A stretch of DNA of 64,000 nucleotides. It comes from Carcharhinus amblyrhynchos (lineage: Eukaryota). The notes under the pieces are model-generated. The model worked only from the letters and a program-made list of their open reading frames with translations. It was not told the origin of the DNA and ran no database searches. The first letter of the stretch is position 1; each line of letters begins with the position of its first letter. Below are positions 35,644 to 46,488 of the stretch, piece after piece. The stretch covers positions 92,256,001-92,320,000 of the forward strand of contig OZ336871.1 in assembly GCA_965287045.1 (NCBI GenBank), in the 5' to 3' direction. The position numbers and the translations under genes were made by a program.

Positions 35644-36380
35644 GCCATGGGCTTAAGGTGAGGGGGGAGAGGTATAACACAGATATTAGAGGGAGGTTTT
35701 TCACACAGAGGGTAGTGGGGGTATGGAATGCTCTGCCAAGTAAGGTGGTGGAGGCAAGCACGCTAGAGTTGTTTAAGAGTAACTTAGACAGGCACATGAG
35801 TGGGTTGGAGATGGGTGGATATAGGAGATTGTTTTAAGTAAGGTTCATTAGCATTGGGGCGTCCCTGGTAAGGTAAATGGATATGGTATGATAATAATGT
35901 TTTTTCTCTTTTAATTCACAGGTTTTAAGTCGGTCCGCCTTGTTGTCCAACGAGGGGCATACACGCAATGGGTCGTACTTGGGCTGCTCTCGAATGTTCA
36001 AGGTTGGCCTAGTGCTTCTTGGTTAGTGTGTGCTTAAACTGGACCAGATGCTGGGCAACACGACAGCTCAGTGACTATCACTGATTGCTGTGCAGACACA
36101 TGGATTTGGCCCAGTGTCTGTGGGAGTTTGCGCATTCTCCCCGTGCTTGCGAGGGTTTTCTCCGGGTGCTCCGGTTTCCTCCCCCACCCCAAAGTTGTGC
36201 TATTAGGCTGATTGGCAGTAATAAATGGTCCCTAAATTAGTTTCCCTCAATGTGGATGGCCATAAAACAATAGATAAGGGTCATGGGTGGAGGGGGGGAC
36301 TGATAATGTTAAAATGGCGGCACTGGCTCGTCGGGCCGAAAGGCCTGTTTCCCGGGCTGTTTTTGTTCTTTGTTCTTTGT
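35644..36380 (+). mobile_element. CR1-like LINE 3' fragment with long composite 3' UTR (structured RNA plus captured V-SINE), (GTTCTTT)n tail
   Basis: HGLKVRGERYNTDIRGRFFTQRVVGVWNALP then a ~540-nt UTR collinear with 41856-42374. Confidence 0.85.
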
Positions 36381-37139
36381 TGTACACCCTAGGTGAGATC
36401 TTTTCAAGGCTACAGCAATAATAACAGAATCAATATTTATCAAATCTCCACAATGTCTAGAGGAGCCATTATGCCTCTGGAATGCTAATCAAGTATCAGG
36501 GAGATGGAACAATTAACACAGCATCAGAATCAGTTTGATAAACACAACAGTTTGATATTGTAAACAGTTAGACAGGATATGTCCAGAAAATGATTAAAGT
36601 TAAAATATGCAGGATAATGGATCAGCATAATGTAATCTAAACAGAACTTCAACAAATTTAAAGTAACAATCTGATGACCTAATCAAAATGTAGTACTTTG
36701 TAATGCAGAAAGTATAAGAATACATAAGAGTCTATGATTAATACAATAGCTTGGAAGCAAGCTGGAATTACAGCCACAAGTTCTTCTCTCCCTCGTGCAT
36801 GTCGAATAAAGCCAGTTTTGTTAAAGTTCTACACAGTCTCTGAAGACTCAGTTCGTTCATTTCCACCAACACAGGATTTGTGCCCTTGGCGAACAGGTAC
36901 TGAGAATCGCAGCCAATATCTCTGCAGATTATTTAATATTGTCATACACAAATGCATTGGTCAGCCAGTTGGCCACAATGCAGAAAGCAATGATACTGAC
37001 TGTATATTTTTCCTTTTTATATGATACATCTCTTTCCATGTGTTTTGAAACTACTGTGTTTGTAATTACAATTCTGTGACTTATTGTTTTTTCAACTTTC
37101 AAACTCAAAGATCATCAGCTTAATTGTGTGAATAATATA

Positions 37140-37520
37140 TGAAGTAGTTGTGCCTATATTCATTGGAATTCAGAAGAATGAGAGGTAACTTAATTCAAAA
37201 ATATAAGATTCTGAGGAGGCTTTACATGTAGATGCTGAAAGAATGTTCTCTCATAGTGAAATCTAGAACTAGAGGACACAATTTAGAATTGCTGTTTCCC
37301 ACTTAAAAAGGATACGAGGAGGAATTTCTTCTCTCAAAGCATCGTTAGTGTTTGGAATTCTCTTCCCCAGCATGCAGTAGAAGCAGGATTATTGTATATA
37401 CTCAAAACTGAGTTAGATGGATCTTTGATTGATAGGGGAATCCAGAGTTATGGGATAGGATTTGGGAGAGTGTGATGGTTGTGCAGGCAGGAAGCTGGAG
37501 TGAAGGCCATAATTAAGTCT
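37140..37520 (+). mobile_element. Old CR1 3' fragment
   Basis: LYSLEFRRMRGNLIQKYKILRRL...SRTRGHNL...FFSQ..WNSLP. Confidence 0.75.
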
Positions 37521-37527
37521 CAGCACA

Positions 37528-37795
37528 TATTTCCTTAGTCTTCTGAGAAACTAGAGTTGTTGGTGGGTTTTCTTAACTATAGTATCAGCGTGGGGGGATC
37601 AGGACAGGTTGTTGGTGATCTGGACACTTAAAAACCTAAAGCTCTCAACCCCTTCTACTTCATCCCCATTGTAGACAGGGGCGTGTTCTCCTTTACGCTC
37701 CCTGAAGTCGATGACAATCTCTTTCATTTTGTTGACATTGAGGGAGGAATTATTGTTGCCGCACCAATTCACCAGATTCTCTATGTCATTCCTGT
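37528..37795 (-). mobile_element. Rex1/Babar-like LINE internal RT fragment
   Basis: ORF 37599-37805 NDIENLVNWCGNNNSSLNVNKMKEIVIDFR...VESFRFLSVQITNNLS. Confidence 0.75.
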
Positions 37796-38435
37796 GCACT
37801 TGCAAACTTTAAACAAGATTAACAGACATTTTTTTGCTTCATCTTTCTGTCTTGCCAGCTGGGAAGTGGTCTTTGCAGTTGTATCATCAGAAGATGTGAA
37901 TTGACAGGAACTAATTATCGCCCAATTGTTGTGCATCTCGTTTTGCCACGTAGAAATTCAATTTCCATTATTTGCAGCTTCCTTAAGCTTATGAACCCTA
38001 ATTGTCATTAAGCATGATGTGCACTAATAGGTCCAGTACCAATTACAACAGTGTCACAGACATAGCTCTAATCTGCTGCAGCATATCAGTGCTACTCACA
38101 TATTAATAAACTGGGCAGCATTAGGGAAAAGAATCACTCAAGCATAAAAACATATTGAGAAACCACGTGTATAACTAAATATTTAAAAAATTAATTTTGA
38201 AATGCATGCTGACTAACGATCACAGGGCTTGTTTCTATATGGTTACATTGCCCTCTGATACAAACACATTTAAAAGACACTGGGAATTGATTGGTGGTCA
38301 TTCTGATTACATACACATCCTGCATTATATTCCCTGAATCTTCAGCGTTGATTCTTTGCTGTTGATGCCAGAGAAAAATAGTAATGTTCTGTTGTATGAC
38401 ATTCATGCTCTTGATATTGTGCTGATTCTGTGCTA

Positions 38436-39136
38436 TGTTATATATTTTATATTTCTATAGTCTGCTTTAAGAGGTTGTGTTTTGTTACAAGAGTTGATTT
38501 GTCTGGGAAACATACAGCATTTGCTAAGAAAGCAGGATAATAACTGATTTTAGCTGGAAATATGTTATTTTGTAGAGTTAATGGACCTTTTGTTTATTTA
38601 AGTTCACCTGAGATTTCAGTCTAGGTATGTAGCATCACATGGTTAATGAGAGGAGCTAGGCTTTCAGAAAAGAATAATTTCATTTTCATTTTAAAATACA
38701 GGGGAGTTGCTGCAGGACCTGCTGGAAGAAAACAGTCTCTCTCTCTCTCTCCCCAGAGGCTTTCAGAAAGCTCCAGGACTGTTAACCTAAATCACAAACG
38801 AGTGTGCCTATGTTTTGCATACTAATTTTAAAGAGGGATTTTGGTCTATAAGAGAAATATTGCTTAATTGGAACTCATAGTGATAGGTTAGCTGTTAAGA
38901 ATTGTATCTTATCATGTTTAAGGATTATTCAACTGCTAAAAGTTAAGTTAATTAATTTGTTATAGTTAAGCTATGTTGTTAAATAATGGTTGTTTTGACG
39001 AAAGTTCCTTAGTTTGTCAGTAGAATCATGCCTGGAGCAAACCATCGTATTCCCATATTATTGCCAAAATATAAATTTTTGGGATCTATTCCAACTTTAT
39101 AATATATCTTGGGGTTTCCAATCTGGTATCATAACA
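38436..39136 (+). mobile_element. Probable solo LTR (Gypsy/ERV-like)
   Basis: Bounded by TGTTAT...ATAACA (TG..CA with 6-bp inverted ends), ~700 bp, AT-rich U5-like end. No clean TSD seen. Confidence 0.45.
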
Positions 39137-39289
39137 GTACAAACTGGAGCTGAGGTTATTTAAGGCAGCAGTACTATTTCCATTAAGCAAATCTCACTTA
39201 AATAAAAATACAAAATGCTGGAAGTACTCAACACGTTTAGTAACATATATGCTGAGACTTAATTATGGCCTTAAGTTTCAAAACAGCTA

Positions 39290-39773
39290 CGACTCTCACC
39301 AGCTTTTACCATAGAAAGCATTCTTTCTGGTTGTATCACAGCTGAGTATGGCTCCTGCTCTGGCCAAGACCGCAAGGAGCTACAAAAGGTCCTGAATGTA
39401 GCCCAATCCATCACGCAAACATAGCCTCCCATACATTGAATCTGTCTATACTTCCCACTGCCTCGGCAAAGCAGCCAGCACAATTAAGGACCCCATGCAC
39501 ACCGGACATTCTCACTTCCACCTTCTTCCTTTGGAAAAAAGGTACAAAAGTTTGAGGTCACAAACCAATCGACCCAAGAACAGCTTCTTCCCTACTGTCA
39601 GACTTTTGAATGGACCTACTTTGCATTAAGTTGATCCTTCGCTACCCTAGCTATGACTGTAACAGTACATTCTGCACTCTCTCCTTTCCTTCTCTATATA
39701 AGCACCCAAGAAACAACACTTTTCACTCTATGTTAATACATGTGACAATAATAAATCAAATCAAATCAAATCA
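39290..39773 (+). mobile_element. Rex1/Babar-like LINE 3' fragment
   Basis: ATAGAAAGCATTCTTTCTGGTTGTATCACAGCT (IESILSGCITA); (AAATC)n tail. Confidence 0.8.
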
Positions 39774-39814
39774 AGTTTGGTTGTCATGTTTGATGCTTCA
39801 TACAGTTAGTCAGT

Positions 39815-40190
39815 CCGATCATGAAGGGAAGGAAATAGAAAACAGGAAGTTACAGGCCAGCCAGCTTAACATCTGTCACAGAGGAAATGCTGGAATCTAT
39901 TATTAAGGAAGTTGACAGCTGGGCATTTAGAAAATTTCAGTGCAATCAGGCAGAGTCAAAGTGGTTTTGTGAAAGTGAAATCATGTTTGACTAATTTATT
40001 ACAGGTCTTTGAGGAAACAACTAGTAACATGGATAAATGGGAACCCGTGGATGTGCTGCATTTAGATCTTCAGAAAGTATTTGATAAAGTTCCACATTAA
40101 AGATTAGAACACAAAGAGCTCATACTATAAGGAGAAACATATTAGCATGGCTAATGTGTCAGTTAACAGTAAATAAGAGAGTAGGCACCC
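39815..40190 (+). mobile_element. Old CR1 RT fragment
   Basis: SQSGFVKVKSCLTNLLQVFEE..VDVLHLDLQKVFDKVPH. Confidence 0.75.
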
Positions 40191-40579
40191 AAAAAATAAA
40201 AGAACAAAAAGCAGCCCTCCAGCCCTCATCACTCACCCTCACACACTTCCCATGCCCCAACCAAGCCAACCTATGTCACCTCATACACCCTATCCATGCC
40301 CAGCAACTCTCTGCTGCTCACAGGTTTCCTGTTGTTATGTCGCCATTTTCTGTCTTGGGTCGGTGGCGGCTCTGCGACTGTGTGGGGAGGTGGGGAGGTG
40401 GGGGGTTGTTGCCCACCAGGGTCTCCAATGTCTGACGTGCAGCACGGACCCGGGTCTCAGCACTGACCTCGGGTCTTGCAGTGCTGCTGGGTCCTAGTGC
40501 ACTCAGCTCACTTCCAGCTGAAGGATGGGCACAAAACCCTTGCAAACTGCACTGCTGCAGCCTCTCAACTTTGCAAAGA

Positions 40580-41031
40580 GCTGTGATTGTGGGGAGCATG
40601 TGGCTGGGGGAATTGGGGGGGGGCTGTGATTGTGGGGAGCATGTGGCTGGGGGAATTGGGGGGACTGTGATTGTGGGGAGCATGTGGCTGGGGGAATTGG
40701 GGGGGCTGTGATTGTGGGGAGCATGTGGCTGGCGGAATTGGGGGGGGCTGTGATTGTGGGGAGCATGTGGCTGGGGGAATTGGGGGGACTGTGATTGTGG
40801 GGAGCATGTGGCTGGGGGAATTGGGGGGGCTGTGATTGTGGGGAGCATGTGGCTGGGGGAATTGGGGGGGCTGTGATTGTGGGGAGCATGTGGCTGGGGG
40901 AATTGGGGGGGCTGTGATTGTGGGGAGCATGTGGCTGGGGGAATTGGGGGGGCTGTGATTGTGGGGAGCATGTGGCTGGGGGAATTGGGGGGGCTGTGAT
41001 TGTGGGGAGCATGTGGCTGGGGGAATTGGGG
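40580..41031. repeat. Minisatellite, about 11 copies of a ~41-bp G-rich unit
   Basis: Unit GCTGTGATTGTGGGGAGCATGTGGCTGGGGGAATTGGGGGG; copies near-identical, differing in G-run length and a G/A variant. Confidence 0.95.
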
Positions 41032-41149
41032 GTCCTGAAGGAGGAATTGTGGGCACAGGAGGCCTGGGCCTTACCACTTCCAGGACCAGAGGGAGATGAC
41101 CACCAGATGCTGGAGGTGACCGCCATTCACCCGGAATGGGTGAGCATAG

Positions 41150-43050
41150 GAGAATGAGGGAGCAGAGATCCCGACAGTTCTGTGCACGAGTGTCCTTCGA
41201 GCAGATGTTGGACACCATGAGCCGCCAACATTTCGACTCTGAAAGGAGACAATGCATCACCTGTTGCAGGACCTGGCACACAGAGGTGGGTGGGTGCAGG
41301 AACACACTAGTGGCTGTCAAATTGACAGCTGTTCTAAACTTCTACGCAACTGGTTATTTCCAGACTTCAAGCGGAGATGTCTGTGGCAACCCTCAATCTG
41401 CCGTGCACACCTGTATGAGGCAGGTCACTGAAGCCCTGTATGCCCAGGCTGGCCAGTTCATCAACTTCAACCTGGATCGGGTGCAGCAGGAAGCCCAGGC
41501 TGCAGTGTTCGCAGCCATTGTGGGGATGTCTTTCCAAGGACTTTTCTCCTTGGAAAGACGGAGATTGAGGGGGGACATGATAGAGGTATATAAGATACTG
41601 AAGGGAATAGATAGAGTTAATAGTGAGAGACTGCTCCCTAGACTGGGTACAAACACGAGAGGTCATGATTTAAGGGTGAGAGGGGAGAGGTATAATTTGG
41701 AAGTGAGAGGAAGGTTCTTTACGCAGAGAGTTGTGGGGGTATGGAACGCGCTACCGAGTAGGGTGGTGGAGGCAGGCACGTTGGACTCGTTTAAGGTTCA
41801 GTTAGATAGACACACGAGTGAAACGAGGATGGAGGGTTATAGTAGGGGCTATTAAATAAGGTTAGAACCTCGGGAGACACCAGAAAAGCAGGCTTGTAAG
41901 ATTAACGTTTTTGTCTTTTTATTCCGCAGGTGGAGGTCCACCTCGTGTCAAATGAGGGGCATGCACACGGTGGGTCGTGCGTGGGCTGCTCTTGGAAGTT
42001 CCGAGAGTGTCCTAGTACTTCGTGTCGGTGTGTGTGCTTGATCCTGGACCGGTAGACGGGCGCCGCAACAGCTCGGTGACTAGCACTGCTGGCTGTGCAG
42101 ATACATGGATTTGGGCCTGTGTCTGTGGGAGTTTGCGCATTCTCCCTGTGGTTGCGTGGGTTTCCTCCGGGCGCTCCGGTTTCCTCCCACACCCCAAAGA
42201 TGTGCTCTTAGGCTGATTGGTTTTACCAAATTGACACTATTCTCCCCTGAATCTGGCTAAGTTAGGGGTTCCATTCGTAGACATGCAGGGTAGAATAGGT
42301 GTAGGGTGATGCGGCGGTGCGGGCTCGTTGGGCCGAAGGGCCTGTTTCCCGTGCTGGGTTGTTCTTTGTTCTTTGTATAGGGGGTGATCAACTACACACC
42401 CTCAAGGCCCGCCTACAGAATCCATGGAGATTTGTAATGGGAAGGGATTTCACTCCCTGAATGTTCAGCTAGTGTGCGGTCATAACATGACTACCATGCA
42501 TATCTGCGCCGACATTCAGGCAGCAGCATGACAGCTTCATTGTCAGGAGCTTGGACATTCCAGGGGCTTTCGAGGAGTAGCCCAGGCTGCGAGGTTGGCT
42601 CCTAGGTGATATGGGTTACCCACTTTGGACGTGGCTGACGACGATAGTGCGGAGGCCTGTATCTGTGGTGGAAACCCGCTATAATGAGGCCTGTGTAGCC
42701 ATCCACGCAATAGTGGAGAGGAACAGTGGGTTCCTCAAGATGTGATTCCGGTGCCTGGACCAATCTGGCGGGGCCCTCAGCACAACTCAGTGATCTGTTC
42801 CTGCATAGTGGTTGTCTGCTGTGCCTTGCACAATCTGGCTCTATAGAGAGGTGACCTCTTGGAGGAGGAGGAAGAGGACATAGTGGCTGACCAGCTGGGC
42901 ATTGCTGTGGAGGATGACCAGCTGGAGGAGAAGGAAGATGTGGAAGAGCATGCCAAGGAACACCAATCAGGCGCTCAAGGGCTGGCAGCCCAAATAAGAC
43001 ATGCGAGGGTGGCAAGGAAGGCCCTGATCACCAGGTGGTTCACTCGCTAG
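41150..43050 (+). pseudogene. HARBI1-like DDE transposase pseudogene, split by LINE insertion 41537-42374
   Basis: VAVKLTAVLNFYATGYFQ..GDVCG..QSAVHTCMRQVTEAL; after the insertion GVINYTH, GKGFHSLNVQLVC, GWLLGDMGYPL, RYNEA...IVER..GFLKM*FRCLD, CCALHNLA, acidic tail. The family is established (DDE_Tnp_4/Harbinger); this is a transposon copy, not necessarily the host gene. Confidence 0.85.
41537..42374 (+). mobile_element. CR1-like LINE 3' fragment with long composite 3' UTR, (GTTCTTT)n tail; CpG-rich, so probably young
   Basis: GLFSLERRRLRGDMIEVYKILKG..TRGHDLRVRGERY..FFTQRVVGVWNALP, stop at 41853-41855; UTR homologous to 35838-36380. Confidence 0.9.
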
Positions 43051-44389
43051 GGGTTTGTGTCTGTGGATTCCATTCCCTCCTCCTCCCCCAAAATTCCTTC
43101 TATCTCCTGCAACATTGTCAGACCAGAGTGGTGAGCCTGGGTATTCTGTATTAGCGAGTTTTTTGGCAGGCAGGAGGGTCATGATGACTCGCTTTATGAT
43201 GATGCCCTGGTGCAAACTAGTCTGACTCATACCTGAGCTCTGCATGCACACTGGCACCTGGGCCCGCCTCTGTGTAGTGGGTAAGGAATCTGAAACCCCC
43301 ATACAGGACCCTGGGGCAGGTGGGGTGAGGAATGGGAGGGAATCGCTCATGGGGCCTGGTGAACCAATGGTTTCCTTTCCTCAGTGACAGAGCATTAAGA
43401 GGCCTCCCCAACTGACATCAACATGAAGCATCCCTCTGGCAATCATCAATGGAAAAGGATTCATAATCAAGACAAATTAGTCACGGGTGGGTGGTGAAAA
43501 AACATTTATTTACAATAAATGTTTAAATAAGACATTCTAACATAAAAACTCGTGAACAGAAAACATTAACGTGCTTAAGTATCTTTCCAGCTATGTAGTC
43601 CTTCACCTATACCATCTCAGTGCAACTACAACTTCCTAACATTACGTGGCCTATCACTACGTCTCAGTGACTCCCCAGAATGTACATCAGAGGTGGAGGG
43701 GGCCAGCTGCCTATCTCACCCCATGGCCTGTGATGTGCGTGGAGGGTGTCCTCTGGAGGCCCTGGACTTCAAAGGCTACCTTGAAGGTGGTGGATCAGTG
43801 CCTCAATGATTGGGGACAGGGGAGAAAGAGGGAAGTGTTACACAGCCGTTGGAATCCAGAGGAGAAAGGGGCCTTGTGCGGGAGGGTTCGGGGTGGGCAT
43901 GAGGAGGATCATCCTGCCCTATATCTGTAGGGTGGAGGGGGGAGGGTGGATCTCTCTGCCTAAGACGAGTGAGGGGGAAAGGGAGGAGATCCGCTGCCAC
44001 TCTGCCTGAGATCATTGGGGGGAAGGTGGAATGGGGCCACAATCAGTCTGGGTGGTAGTTGGGTGGGGGATAAGGGGTTCAGTAATGTTGTGGGTGTGGG
44101 GCAACGTCTGTGGGGGCCAGGGGTAGGAATTATCTGGGCTGGGTGAGATGTGGTAGGAGAGCAGCATTTTACCTTTCTTTTTTGCACATGCACAGTTGGA
44201 GGCGCCGATTGGAGCTGCTGTGTTTTGGAGGTGATAAGCCCTGCCCACAGGCTTGTGCAGCGCAATTCAGAATCGCTGTTTCTTTCAGGCAGAGTGCGTA
44301 TGGAGAATGGATCTAAAAGTCAGATCTGAACCGTTCCCAGGTTCAAGTCTGCCCAGCACTTAGAGTCAAAATGGTAAATCGAGCCCAAA

Positions 44390-44675
44390 GAATCACTGCA
44401 ATGTAGAAAGAGGCCATTTAGTCCATTGAGCCTGCACCAACAACAATCTCACCCAGGCCCTTTCCCCTTAACCCCACATTTTTACCCTATTAATCTCCCT
44501 GACACTAAGGGGCAATTAAACATGTCCAATTAATTTCACCCACACATCTTGGACAGTGAGAGGAAACCAGAACACCCAGAGGGAACCCATGCAGACACAA
44601 GGAGAAAGTGCAAACTCTCCACAGGCTGGCACCCAAGCCAGGAATCGAACCTGGGATCCTGGCGCTGTGAGGCAG
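44390..44675 (-). mobile_element. V-SINE with CR1 tail (head truncated)
   Basis: GGTTCGATTCC B box, V-domain, tail ATGGACTAAATGGCCTC..TTGCAGTGATTCT. Confidence 0.75.
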
Positions 44676-45364
44676 GTCTAGTCTGCAAACTCTGGGCTTC
44701 TAGCTACTGGTCAACCAAAATCCCACTTCAGTGGAGACAACTGTTGCTTTAAATGGCCAGCTACCTCCATAAACTACACATGCGCAATCTCCAGACTAAC
44801 TCTAGTTTATCCCACAAAAAAATCGGAAATGCTATGTTCAGGGATGAGATGCAGAATTTCTAAGTATTTCTGAAACCTCTTCATCGTAATGAAAATCTGA
44901 GCCTTAACCATAATTTGTTATCACTAGATTTGAAGGTCTAAAGTCTAAGTCAAGTATGCATGATTCACATCTTCACTGACATATGTTGGCTTTCTGCTGT
45001 CACTATTAAATTAAAAATCCTCAATCTCGTCTTCAAATCACTTGCTTTCCCATCCACTTTATCTCTGAAACTTACTTTTGCTGCATTTGTGCGGATGTTT
45101 GTAACTACTCGAGACATATTGTTGTATTGACTAAAGTGAAATTTAATTTTTTATTTGAAATATCTTTCACTGTGAATTAATGTTTAATATGTGTTTAGCT
45201 GGTTTGTTTTCATAAAACTTTTAAAATTGAAACTCTTGTCCATAGAGTTTCTTTTCATTGGTGTGGTAGGGTTTACTTTCTTTTAAAAGCTGTTGGCCTT
45301 TAAGGGGATTGTAACAATCGCCCACGTTTGCCCCTGCATCCTTTTCCCCCCTTTTTCCTTCTCC

Positions 45365-45835
45365 CATAGGTGTACAGGGGCAGGAGTGGGCCATTCAGCC
45401 CATCGAACATTCTCTGTCATTCAATTAGATCATGTCTGATCATGTGCCTCAATGCAACTTCTACCAATTTCTGTTTTGAACATGCTCAATTATTGAGCTT
45501 CCAAAGCTTCTGGATAGAGAATTCTAAAGATCCACCACCCTCTGAGTGAAAAAATCTCAGTCTTAAATAACCTTCCCTTTATTTCGAGACTGTGTCCCCT
45601 GGTTCTAGACTCGCCAGCCATGGGAAACATCCAATCTCATTTATTCTGTCATCTCCAGTAAGATTTTTGAAAGTTTCAATGAAATCACCTCTTGTTCTTT
45701 AAAACTCTAGCGAATACAGGCCCAGTTTCCTCAATCTTTCTTCATAAGACCTGCACCTGTGTGATTAATCTGGTGAAGGTCCATTGCACTCCCTCCATAG
45801 TAATTATAAACTTCCTTAGATAAGGGAACCCAAAC
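45365..45835 (-). mobile_element. Old CR1 3' region
   Basis: Minus strand LGLYSLEF..TRGDFIETFKN..ESRTRGHSLEIKG..FFTQRVVDL. Confidence 0.75.
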
Positions 45836-46221
45836 CGTGCTTCTCCCCCCATCCCCACCAACCAAGCACACCCACAACTTGTGCTATAAAAAGGGGATGT
45901 GACCCCCTTCACTGCATTCCTTTTACACCTCGCTGCTGAAGCCCTGGACTGACTCGCTGTTCAAGTCTCACCCAGCCTGAGTCAGGAAGGTGAGATGAGA
46001 TTGGGGCTTTAGAATTCCAGCAAAAGTAAATCATTATGGTTTGTCAATCCGCCAGCTAATACTTCAGGTCACTGATTCTTCATCAGAACTGGAAAAAGTT
46101 AAGAGATGTGACATGTTTAAAGCAAGAACTGAGGCAGAGAAGGGGAAAAGTGAAGGATAGAATCAAAGGAAAGTGATGTGTTAGGGCGAAAGACAGGACA
46201 GATTAAATAACACAGTGAAAG

Positions 46222-46473
46222 GAAAGAAAGAAAGACTTGCATTTCTATAGCACGTTTCACCACTTCTGGACATCTCAAAGTGCTTCACGGCCAATGGAGT
46301 ATTTTTGAAGTGTAGATCCTGTTGAAATGAGTAAACATGGCAGTTATTTACATTTAGCTAATTCCCACAAGCAGCAATGTAATAATGGCCATATCATCTA
46401 TTTTATGTGATGCTCATTGAGGGTTAAGTTTTGGCTGAGACACCACAGATAACTCTCCCTTCTTTGAAATAGG
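46222..46473 (-). mobile_element. Deu-domain SINE (SacSINE1/AmnSINE1-like) fragment with L2-type tail
   Basis: Minus strand CTATTTCAAAGAAGGGAGAGTTATCTGTGGTGTC...ATTACATTGCTGCTTGTGGGA...CTACACTTCAAAAATACTCCATTGGCCGTGAAGCACTTTG...GCTATAGAAATGCAAGTCTTTC; recalled as matching the Deu domain plus L2 tail. Confidence 0.65.
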
Positions 46474-46488
46474 ATATCTTTGCCTAAG

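Larger units (their letters stand above)
40200..44386 (+). mobile_element. Decayed PIF/Harbinger DNA transposon (transposase remnant plus right TIR), with nested VNTR and LINE
   Basis: Transposase motifs (next entries); right end ATGGTAAATCGAGCCC at 44371-44386. Left TIR not identified, so the left boundary is approximate. Confidence 0.7.

Noticed and set aside
35932-36045. 5S rRNA-derived segment (similar length; GTACTTGG and TGGTTAG words)
   Set aside because: Only short word matches in the wrong order, and the helix arrangement differs from 5S.
40580-41031. CRISPR-like array
   Set aside because: The units are contiguous with no unique spacers, there are no cas genes, and the context is eukaryotic.
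40318-41320. Long Pro-rich ORFs of 207-251 aa on the minus strand
   Set aside because: They are translations of the stop-free 41-bp minisatellite, not genes.
41150-43050. Domesticated host HARBI1 gene
   Set aside because: It has stops, frameshifts, a LINE insertion and a nearby TIR, so it is a dead transposon copy.
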